This document shows, one piece after another, positions 8,674-15,477 of a DNA stretch of 20,000 nucleotides. Position numbers and translations under genes: made by a program. Position 1 is the stretch's first letter. Every line of letters starts with the position of its first letter. Where the stretch lies: IMG/VR virus record IMGVR_UViG_3300029288_005821; one strand, given 5' to 3'. Below the pieces are notes generated by a model. The model was given only the letters and a program-made list of their open reading frames with translations. It did not search any database and had not been told where the DNA came from. Origin of the DNA: an uncultured virus (IMG/VR IMGVR_UViG_3300029288_005821). Lineage: Duplodnaviria; Heunggongvirae; Uroviricota; Caudoviricetes.

Positions 8674-9099
8674 TTACGATTCCATGACGAGTTTGATGAG
8701 TTTTACTCGATCACGATAAGCTATTGAAGTCTCCGGATCAAATTCAATTTGATTGGCATCAACAAGCTTTGACCAAAAACGTTGTTTAGGGAATGGTTTC
8801 TTATTTTTCGGATTTATAGTTCTCCAGGTAATACTATCATAATCATTTTCATCTTTGACATAGGACTTGTTGAAAGTTCTGATATAGACACGATCAACTT
8901 CGAGTATCGTGCCTGCTGGAAGAGTTACTTCGAACCTCTTCATTTCATTACCGAAGCCGCCACCCCAACGGCTCATATTCTTATCAACAAGTTCTTTTAC
9001 TTTGGCGAATTCAATATTTCGATGCTCAAGATATAAAGTAAATGTCCAAGGGGCTGCGAGAGTAATTCTATCTCCGCAAGCGGGAATATATAAATTCAT
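8674..9099 (-). CDS. Hypothetical phage protein (141 aa)
   Basis: LYIP..GD.I.L...W.F.L..E.RN...LP.GT.L.VDR.YIR...YDSIT pattern, recalled from large-phage hypotheticals; ends LIKLVMES. Confidence 0.8.
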   Translation of the reverse strand: MNLYIPACGDRITLAAPWTFTLYLEHRNIEFAKVKELVDKNMSRWGGGFGNEMKRFEVTLPAGTILEVDRVYIRTFNKSYVKDENDYDSITWRTINPKNKKPFPKQRFWSKLVDANQIEFDPETSIAYRDRVKLIKLVMES

Positions 9100-9104
9100 A
9101 ACTC

Positions 9105-9112
9105 AAAATACA
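9105..9112 (-). promoter_or_regulatory. Class B promoter motif TGTATTTT
   Basis: 5 nt before ATG 9099; no SD. Confidence 0.6.
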
Positions 9113-9131
9113 CACGAATATTCCTAATTTA

Positions 9132-9551
9132 CTATTCTAAGAGGCTACGAATCTCCATTAGAATTTTCCCGAGATGATTCTCGCCTCGACCATTACAGAC
9201 ACCCCAGTAAGTGTCATTCCAAACGTTGCCTTCGATCAGGATTGAATTCCCCGTATCAAGAAGTTTCTTTCGAAGTTCTGGAATACTAAATTTCACCACC
9301 AGAATTTGGTGCATATAATAGGTACGCCACTTTTTCCAATCAGGACGAATTCTGATGTCCTTACCAGCTCGTTTTGCTTTTCCTGGAGAATTGAGCTCCC
9401 GAATCATTTTTCTTACGTCTGGATCAGTAGTTTTCGCTGCTTGATATGCGTGTTCCGCAGACGGATATGTACCCCCTTCAAATTCTACTTCACAAAGATA
9501 AAAATTAGATAGAAAAGCGTATTGACCGCTAAAAATATCGATAGTTTCCAT
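9132..9551 (-). CDS. NADAR family protein (YbiA-like, DUF1768)
   Basis: Hallmarks FLSNFY, EHAYQAAK, PGKAKRAG, KF...LLDTG, E...DTYWG, GENHLGKILMEIR. Confidence 0.95.
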   Translation of the reverse strand: METIDIFSGQYAFLSNFYLCEVEFEGGTYPSAEHAYQAAKTTDPDVRKMIRELNSPGKAKRAGKDIRIRPDWKKWRTYYMHQILVVKFSIPELRKKLLDTGNSILIEGNVWNDTYWGVCNGRGENHLGKILMEIRSLLE

Positions 9552-9559
9552 ACAATATA

Positions 9560-9658
9560 TTATATTTCAATAGCGGAAAAAGCAACTACAAAAGAAGCAC
9601 ATAGAATGAGAGCTGCTAAACCGCAAACTCCTATCACTACAACTGATGATGCCGGCAT
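9560..9658 (-). CDS. Small single-TM protein (32 aa), absent from the ORF track
   Basis: MPASSVVVIGVCGLAALILCASFVVAFSAIEI; SD AGGAG; fills the intergenic gap exactly. Confidence 0.6.
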   Translation of the reverse strand: MPASSVVVIGVCGLAALILCASFVVAFSAIEI

Positions 9659-9659
9659 T

Positions 9660-10184
9660 TTATCTCCTTCTTCTCATAAAATTTGTGCGTCGAGTAGTTA
9701 GACGTAATGTCTCATCCATTGGAGTTTCCCCATCATCCTTATTTGGATCTTCAAGCAATCCGAGTTCTTCTTCTATCTCCAATGATCTCTCATGCGATGG
9801 ATGGAAAGGCTTCCCTGTCTTCATCTGCTCGCATTCAGCAATTTCATGGGCAGCACAACTAATAAAATATTCCTTTGAAACTTCAGAATCACCTTCATCA
9901 CAGCCGCATCTATTATCTATACTTTCATTCCAATGATGTGTACCTACCCAAATTTCACCCATCGGAATAAATTCATGGACATATGGGTGACCTCCGTGAC
10001 CAAAGATAATGCTCAAATTATTACGTACCCATGTTCCGTCTACGGCGAAAACAGAATATCCTAACATATCAAATATATATTTTTTCCAATCACCTTCAGG
10101 TTTAAACGAAGGATCTTTATAAGGCGTTCTTTCCTGTATTTCTGCTTCCATCAAAGGTAAGCTTATGGTTCGATTGTCTGGCAT
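9660..10184 (-). CDS. Hypothetical protein with HExxE...H motif (possible metal-dependent hydrolase)
   Basis: VDG..VR, GGHPYV.EFIP..EIW, AHEIAEC..M..G.....H; start uncertain. Confidence 0.7.
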   Translation of the reverse strand: MPDNRTISLPLMEAEIQERTPYKDPSFKPEGDWKKYIFDMLGYSVFAVDGTWVRNNLSIIFGHGGHPYVHEFIPMGEIWVGTHHWNESIDNRCGCDEGDSEVSKEYFISCAAHEIAECEQMKTGKPFHPSHERSLEIEEELGLLEDPNKDDGETPMDETLRLTTRRTNFMRRRR

Positions 10185-10294
10185 ATTTCCATATATCGAT
10201 AATAACACTATGAGAAAAATTAGTAGTTAAAACGGCGAAGCCGTAAAACGTATATTGTCTCTCGAACAGTTTCGTGTGTGTAGGAGAAGGACTT

Positions 10295-10528
10295 CTAACG
10301 GGTTCGTTTATCCCATTCAATCACTTCAACTTTATCTTTTCTTTGTTCATTCAATTTCGCAAGTCTGTTTTGCAGATATTTATTACGAATTTTAAGATAA
10401 CGCTCCCGCTTCACAGTTCCTTCGATTGGATTGATACGGTCAATTTCCTCTTCATTTGAAGCTATTTCAGCTTCAATTAATTCAATATCAGCATCAATTT
10501 GCTTAAGATCTTCTTCGTGGGTTGACAT
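10295..10528 (-). CDS. Small coiled-coil protein
   Basis: Heptad pattern; TAATG coupling with the upstream gene. Confidence 0.7.
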   Translation of the reverse strand: MSTHEEDLKQIDADIELIEAEIASNEEEIDRINPIEGTVKRERYLKIRNKYLQNRLAKLNEQRKDKVEVIEWDKRTR

Positions 10529-10830
10529 TATTCATCAGCCTGATAGGTAAATCGAAGAAGTTTCCCTGTTTCGTCATCGAATGATGCTATGATGTGACCG
10601 TTACTCACTCCCATGAAACCGTTGAGAACGCCGAGAAAACCCACCTGCGGTACTGCGCGCTCATCCTCTTTCAACACCTGAACTGTCGGGTGATTAAGAA
10701 GTTGCTCGTTGCAAGGAACTCGAGCTTCAATCAACTCCCCGATAGCGTCAGGGTCGATTTCAATTAGTGTATTCAAATATTCAATAAGTTCGTGAGCGAT
10801 ACGGATTTTTGAAAGTCCTTCAGCAACCAT
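10528..10830 (-). CDS. Hypothetical phage protein (100 aa)
   Basis: DPDAI..L...RVPCN..L..HPTVQV...VGFLGVLNG; TGTATGAT 8 nt upstream. Confidence 0.8.
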   Translation of the reverse strand: MVAEGLSKIRIAHELIEYLNTLIEIDPDAIGELIEARVPCNEQLLNHPTVQVLKEDERAVPQVGFLGVLNGFMGVSNGHIIASFDDETGKLLRFTYQADE

Positions 10831-10855
10831 AATGACTAATCATACACTAAAATTA

Positions 10856-11668
10856 CTACTCACCCACAGCCCAAAGAGACCTATCCGTTTCAGATGGTTC
10901 TGGATTTATAGGAGAATTTTTTATTTGGGGAATTCGTTGTCCGTCTTCCGTGAGAAGCCATATATTCGATATATCAAGAAACATTTGCGGATTCGATTCC
11001 AGCAATAATTTCTGGGATAACATCTGGTCATAAAGCGGAATGTGACTCTTAGTTACGATGCAATATTCGAATGTTCGACGACCGTCTTCAATGCGGAAGA
11101 CGTTGTGTTGATATCGGCCTGTGACGAGATAAACGAAACCATCTTTTCCTACAACGTGAAATGACTTCTTTTTCTTGAATTCTATCTGCTGCGTCTCGTC
11201 GAGCAAGGAAAAAAGAATTTTTCGAGAACGTCTCTTTATCGCATCTTCTTTCCTCTTATCGTCTTTTCTCTTTTTCTCAATGAGTTCAAGATAAACTCGG
11301 GCGATTTCTTGATCGTGTTCTCTTCCCGCTAAAGCCAAACAAGTCTGTTCAATAAATCGAACTGGAGACTCGTTGCCAATATCAGCACCTGCTTGGCAAT
11401 TTTCAGCGTAAGAAAGCCCACCAAGAATGAGAACGCCATGGCGGTCGTTAACCTGACCGCCGGCAGAATCAAGTATGCCGTCGAAATTATCCCAACGGGT
11501 GACGGAACGCAGAACTAGAACTAATGTGTCGTTAGTTCTATCGCCTTCCGGAAGCAAAGCTAGACGTGCCAGAAGTTCATCAACCAAAAGTGTCAGAGGT
11601 TCATCGAGGTCACAATTGAGGAAAACTCGAGATGACCTAATAGCGCGAACGTTCCAAGTCGGCGCCAT
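10856..11668 (-). CDS. Hypothetical protein with Cys-containing C-terminal domain; candidate partner of the E1/GG pair
   Basis: C-terminal domain LL...Q..EF.....F.V.G..G..Y....YC......P..DQML.QKL.L; lies directly downstream of the GG protein. Confidence 0.8.
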   Translation of the reverse strand: MAPTWNVRAIRSSRVFLNCDLDEPLTLLVDELLARLALLPEGDRTNDTLVLVLRSVTRWDNFDGILDSAGGQVNDRHGVLILGGLSYAENCQAGADIGNESPVRFIEQTCLALAGREHDQEIARVYLELIEKKRKDDKRKEDAIKRRSRKILFSLLDETQQIEFKKKKSFHVVGKDGFVYLVTGRYQHNVFRIEDGRRTFEYCIVTKSHIPLYDQMLSQKLLLESNPQMFLDISNIWLLTEDGQRIPQIKNSPINPEPSETDRSLWAVGE

Positions 11669-11754
11669 CCAAGTATAAACATACCCCTCCTTACCGTCTA
11701 AATCGAGGAGAGGAAGTTGCCCCTGACCGAGATGATTGATTAGGAGATGAATTT

Positions 11755-12054
11755 TTAGCCCCCGGACATTTGAGGGGAGACGACGTAATCGGCTTCAGGA
11801 GTGAACTCAGTCACCATCTCGGGAGCGGTGAAGAGGTATTTCTCGGCGTTTCCGTCAAAAGTGTCTACTGGCTCCTTCTTTAGACCGAGAAACTTCACCT
11901 TAAAGACAAGAAAGCCCTTCGCGCGCAAAGAGTCAAAATGTTCCTTTGCCGCTTGAACTTCCAATTCGTTCTTCCGGTCCCAAGTATATTTAGTATCCCC
12001 TTCATGATTTAGATGAGAAATACTGCCGGTTGTAATAGGGTCAATCTTTTTCAT
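11755..12054 (-). CDS. Small protein with C-terminal Gly-Gly; candidate ubiquitin-like or sulfur-carrier protein
   Basis: Ends YVVSPQMSGG-stop, similar to the MoaD tail FFPPVTGG; ATGA overlap with the E1 gene. Confidence 0.75.
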   Translation of the reverse strand: MKKIDPITTGSISHLNHEGDTKYTWDRKNELEVQAAKEHFDSLRAKGFLVFKVKFLGLKKEPVDTFDGNAEKYLFTAPEMVTEFTPEADYVVSPQMSGG

Positions 12055-12785
12055 AACTTATTTCCGTTGCAAAGAGGACATTTCGGGTCCTTCTTTAATT
12101 CTACTGTCTTGAAAGACATATCTAGGGCGTAGAAAGTCAAAAGCTTTCCCACTAAATTATCCCCGAGCCCTAAGAGCAATTTGAGTGTCTCAGTGGCCTG
12201 GAGCATGCCAATAATACCGGGCACTACTCCGAGAACACCCGCTTCCATCGGAAGCGTCCTCAAATTACTGTTCGGATACAGACATTGGTAACAAAGAGAG
12301 TCCTTCGTAAATACTGAAACCTGTCCATCGAATTGACTTACGGCTCCATGAACCAACGGAATCCCTTTTTTCCGACAAGCAGCATTGAGTATATATCTGG
12401 TCTCAATATTGTCGGTGGCATCTATGACGACGTCATAGTCTTCTTCCGGAAATCGACCATTTAGTAATCGTGTGCAATGCCCGATTACATTTATATCATC
12501 ATTCAAACGGAGCATGGCATCTCTAGCCGACGCCACTTTATTGACGCCTGGAACGCTATGAATCACCTGCCTTTGCAGGTTTGATAAACTCACCCTTCCG
12601 TCATCAACCAAACTAACGAATCCAACTCCGGCCGCTGCCAGATACATAGCTATTGGACTTCCCAATCCTCCTACGCCGACGAGAAGGACCCGACTCTCCA
12701 ATAGCTTTATCTGTCCCTTTTCCCCGATTCCCCGAAGAAGAATGTGTCGTTTATATCGCTCGAGTTGTCCTTGACTTAATTCCAC
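12051..12785 (-). CDS. moeB: ThiF/MoeB/HesA family E1-like adenylyltransferase
   Basis: RYxRHI, GVGGLGS, D...VSLSNLQRQ, K, DATDN, CYQC and CPLC Zn ligands, EAGVLG. No rhodanese domain. The symbol denotes the family only. Confidence 0.93.
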   Translation of the reverse strand: MELSQGQLERYKRHILLRGIGEKGQIKLLESRVLLVGVGGLGSPIAMYLAAAGVGFVSLVDDGRVSLSNLQRQVIHSVPGVNKVASARDAMLRLNDDINVIGHCTRLLNGRFPEEDYDVVIDATDNIETRYILNAACRKKGIPLVHGAVSQFDGQVSVFTKDSLCYQCLYPNSNLRTLPMEAGVLGVVPGIIGMLQATETLKLLLGLGDNLVGKLLTFYALDMSFKTVELKKDPKCPLCNGNKL

Positions 12786-12790
12786 GGGAC

Positions 12791-12798
12791 AGAATACA
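12791..12798 (-). promoter_or_regulatory. Class B promoter motif TGTATTCT
   Basis: 5 nt before the GTG start of the E1 gene. Confidence 0.6.
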
Positions 12799-12853
12799 TC
12801 TTGGGTCCCGACAGAATGACGTATATATATTGAACTTTCTCGTCGGAAAAGGT

Positions 12854-13249
12854 TTATATTGTGATACTAACCGGAAGAGAAAGTTCAGTGCACTGCTCTT
12901 TGGGCATTTCCTCGAAAACCACTTCTTCAGTAACATATCCGAGTCCGATTAAACTATAGCAGTCTTTTTCAGACTTCACGTGGTCTCGGATAACCCCGAC
13001 GAAACTCCCCTTGATACCGCGTCGTTCTCCCTCATCATGGAGAATCTTCATGCAGCCGAGAATCCTACTATAAACAGCAATCGGGGTTTTTGCCGATATC
13101 ATGAAATATGCGAGAATACCTCTTGAACCCTTCGTCTGGTCAATTATTTCATTATCGGACAAAACCAATAAAGGAGAGTCTTCTGTCTTATCAAAAGCCG
13201 GAATTTGCGCGTTGTCCATCCTGGCCCATCTGCATGAAATAGTAGTCAT
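12854..13249 (-). CDS. Hypothetical protein (131 aa)
   Basis: ORF track; TGTATTAT-N5-ATG (13255-13262). Confidence 0.7.
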   Translation of the reverse strand: MTTISCRWARMDNAQIPAFDKTEDSPLLVLSDNEIIDQTKGSRGILAYFMISAKTPIAVYSRILGCMKILHDEGERRGIKGSFVGVIRDHVKSEKDCYSLIGLGYVTEEVVFEEMPKEQCTELSLPVSITI

Positions 13250-13264
13250 AGTGAATAATACATC

Positions 13265-13459
13265 TCAACTTTCAAGTATCTCAATCACTAAAGCTTCTTC
13301 AGGGGTTATCGTTTCCCAATAATCCGGCAAGCTTCTCTCATGGAAAGCACAAAATCGAAGAACCGTATTCATCTTCCTGTATATACATATATGGGTCGCT
13401 TCATTTATGCATCGGGTCGTATATCCAGCCACAAAATCATATCGGCAAGCAGGCATCAC
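13265..13459 (-). CDS. Small Cys/His protein (C..C...CxxH)
   Basis: Putative Zn ligands; ends TPEEALVIEILES; GTGA overlap with the upstream gene. Confidence 0.7.
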   Translation of the reverse strand: MMPACRYDFVAGYTTRCINEATHICIYRKMNTVLRFCAFHERSLPDYWETITPEEALVIEILES

Positions 13460-13659
13460 ATCTTTCGCTCTGGGAATTGTTCATCCAGGAATTTCTCTAG
13501 ACTTGAACCTCCAGGAAAACCGCGTTCTCCCAGTCTTAGCGCTTCATCAACTTGCGCCCATATACCATGGTCAGTAGTTGGCCATCTTCCAATATTAGAG
13601 TAGTATCTCACTGCAGCATCTCGAATCATTCCTACAGTGAAGTTACTCCGATTTTCCAT
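13456..13659 (-). CDS. Small helical protein, single copy of a G.WP...W..VD.AL..G.RG.PGGSSL repeat unit
   Basis: Motif recalled from multi-repeat proteins of Planctomycetota; not verified. Confidence 0.7.
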   Translation of the reverse strand: MENRSNFTVGMIRDAAVRYYSNIGRWPTTDHGIWAQVDEALRLGERGFPGGSSLEKFLDEQFPERKM

Positions 13660-14270
13660 ATTCCGACTGTTCGAGAAAAGAGATAACTCATTTCGGAAAT
13701 GAATTCATTTCAGGGACCCGGAAAAGACGTATGTATTAGAGAATTTTGTCTCTGAAAAAGGTTTACTTGTTGCCGGGGAAGAATTGCTCACTGGGGATTT
13801 TTTCCGAGGAGATGCTTCTCATCAGGGATAATTGTTACTGGGAAAATTTTACCTACACACACCTACATGAACTAAACAGTTCAAATCGGGCTTCACGGCG
13901 CGTATATCGAATCGGTATTTCGAAATACCTAAAATCCCCTATTTTCCCAAGCATGTGTCTCCCCACCCACTAGGTATTATAAAGATACTTTACTCCCTAC
14001 CCCCTACCCCATATATCCTTATATACTAGTAATACCCCCTTATAGATAATTACCTACCCCTATCTTGGTAATAATCTTTACCCGGGACCGCAGGCGTCCC
14101 GGGACTGTCTTCTATCGTCAAAGGTCTTTCAAGGACCGTCTCGTTTCCAATTAATTCGTCGAGGGTTCATGTTTTCCTTTCCGGCGTCCGAGTTTGGCGC
14201 GAGAGGAGCCGGGGTTTTTGCTTTTGCGCTCCCTCAATCGGCGAGGGGCTGGTCTCAATTGCAGTTTGTT
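13660..14270. other. Large non-coding gap at the compositional and regulatory boundary
   Basis: No convincing ORF; five TACCC copies (13998, 14005, 14033, 14055, 14079) in AT-rich context. Confidence 0.55.
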
Positions 14271-14531
14271 CTACGCAGCGTGGGTTCTGATTTCCGCCGG
14301 GACAAACGCTGAACTGAAGATAGCACTGAATTCTTCGGCTTCAAAATCGAATCCGGAACTGCCGGGTACGAGAGCGTAGATTTTTCCGTTAGGACTGAAT
14401 TCGATAAGCCCGTCTATCATGAGTGACTTGAGACAGAATTCGGTTTGCTTGGGTCCGAATACTGCGCTTAGCTCCCACACCTCTGAAACTCCGCCCGCCC
14501 CAAGAATCATGTCCAGAATGATTTCTTTCAT
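14271..14531 (-). CDS. Small hypothetical protein, possibly winged helix (86 aa)
   Basis: Start set by the class A module; LKSLMIDGLIEF...KIYAL pattern. Confidence 0.7.
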   Translation of the reverse strand: MKEIILDMILGAGGVSEVWELSAVFGPKQTEFCLKSLMIDGLIEFSPNGKIYALVPGSSGFDFEAEEFSAIFSSAFVPAEIRTHAA

Positions 14532-14554
14532 TGTCGTCAATCTCCACCCCCAGA

Positions 14555-14578
14555 TACTTTTCAGGGGTGACGATTTAC
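14555..14578 (-). promoter_or_regulatory. Class A promoter module
   Basis: GTAAAT-N14-AGTA-N9-GGAG; hairpin 14562-14589. Confidence 0.7.
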
Positions 14579-14596
14579 TGTCACCCCTGCTTGAAA

Positions 14597-14863
14597 TCAA
14601 TGTCCGTAGTTGAACCCGTAGCGATACATCTTGCCGGTCGGGCTCGGTCCGAACTCGATATCTACTTTCCCACAACACCCGGCCTGCTCTTGCTGCTCAT
14701 ATAGGGCCATCTCCTCGAGATTCCCCACCTGACATGTGCGGTGATTATCTGCACAGTCGAAGTCCTCACCCTTATCCTCTTCAGCCTGGTACCAAGCTGT
14801 GAGATATCCCCTGATGAAACTTCCGTCAACCTGGCCGTATCTCTCTTCAAGAGTAGGTTCCAT
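14597..14863 (-). CDS. Hypothetical phage protein (88 aa)
   Basis: CADNHR...GCCG...YGFNYGH; ATG lies 9 nt after CGTA. Confidence 0.8.
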   Translation of the reverse strand: MEPTLEERYGQVDGSFIRGYLTAWYQAEEDKGEDFDCADNHRTCQVGNLEEMALYEQQEQAGCCGKVDIEFGPSPTGKMYRYGFNYGH

Positions 14864-14872
14864 AGGTCCAAA

Positions 14873-14896
14873 TACGAGCCAGGGCGGCCAATTTTC
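14873..14896 (-). promoter_or_regulatory. Class A promoter module
   Basis: GAAAAT-N14-CGTA-N9-ATG; hairpin 14877-14914. Confidence 0.7.
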
Positions 14897-14980
14897 GCTT
14901 TGACCGCCCTGGCTTTTTCTGTTTGGAGGTGGCGATGGAGGTGACGTATCGATAAGAACTGCGAGAAAGCCAAAAGAAGG

Positions 14981-15130
14981 TCAGGAAGAGGCCATCTCGC
15001 GGTAAACTGTGCGGTTTCGCCTTGACCGGGATAGAACTAGCTTGCGCCGTTCACCTTCCCTGGTACGAATGCGGTACCGGCTTGGGTCATTTTTGGCAAC
15101 CAGTGCCAATGTGTGGTTACGGGGTTTCAT
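14981..15130 (-). CDS. Small basic protein (49 aa), weakly ArfA-like
   Basis: MKPRNHTLALVAKNDPSRYRIRTREGERRK...; start uncertain. Confidence 0.5.
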   Translation of the reverse strand: MKPRNHTLALVAKNDPSRYRIRTREGERRKLVLSRSRRNRTVYREMASS

Positions 15131-15236
15131 GACGGGTTGTAGGTAGGAGCAGGAGATAAAGACCTCAGGGAGTTTCTTTACCCATGGCTTGAACCTTAAA
15201 GTCAAGCTAGAAATCCTTATCTCTTGCTAAGTCTGG

Positions 15237-15434
15237 TTAGGCGTCCCTCGTCTGGATCTCGGCGTCCTTATCTCGAAGGGACTGGATCTTACGGTCGAAA
15301 GCCGCTTCTGTTTTCGGGGTACATCGCTTCCATTCTCCCATTGCGTACCCACGTTTCGGGTTTGGGATTCGGTATGCGATTTCTTGAGGTTTCCACATCG
15401 CTCGGGAAAGTCTCGATTCAAGTGATTGGTCCAT
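15237..15434 (-). CDS. Hypothetical protein (65 aa)
   Basis: Start set by the class A module SD. Confidence 0.75.
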   Translation of the reverse strand: MDQSLESRLSRAMWKPQEIAYRIPNPKRGYAMGEWKRCTPKTEAAFDRKIQSLRDKDAEIQTRDA

Positions 15435-15453
15435 CGTCATCTCCATCCTTGAA

Positions 15454-15477
15454 TACGGAAAGAGGGGTGAGATTTAC
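15454..15477 (-). promoter_or_regulatory. Class A promoter module
   Basis: GTAAAT-N14-CGTA-N9-GGAG; the TAA is the upstream gene's stop. Confidence 0.8.

Noticed and set aside
12051..12785. Ordinary thiamine or molybdopterin biosynthesis operon
   Set aside because: No thiG/thiE/moaE/moeA neighbours, and the coupled GG protein is not a typical ThiS/MoaD. A sulfur-relay role using host factors cannot be excluded.
13746..13973. 75-aa plus-strand ORF in the large gap
   Set aside because: TTG start, no SD, no recognisable motifs and opposite to the local gene orientation.
14129..14170. 13-aa minus-strand micro-ORF MNPRRINWKRDGP with AAGGA upstream
   Set aside because: Too short to support without conservation data.
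15140..15163. Possible 17th class A module (GTCTTT-N14-CCTA-N9-ATG)
   Set aside because: The spacing fits, but both boxes are too degenerate to count.
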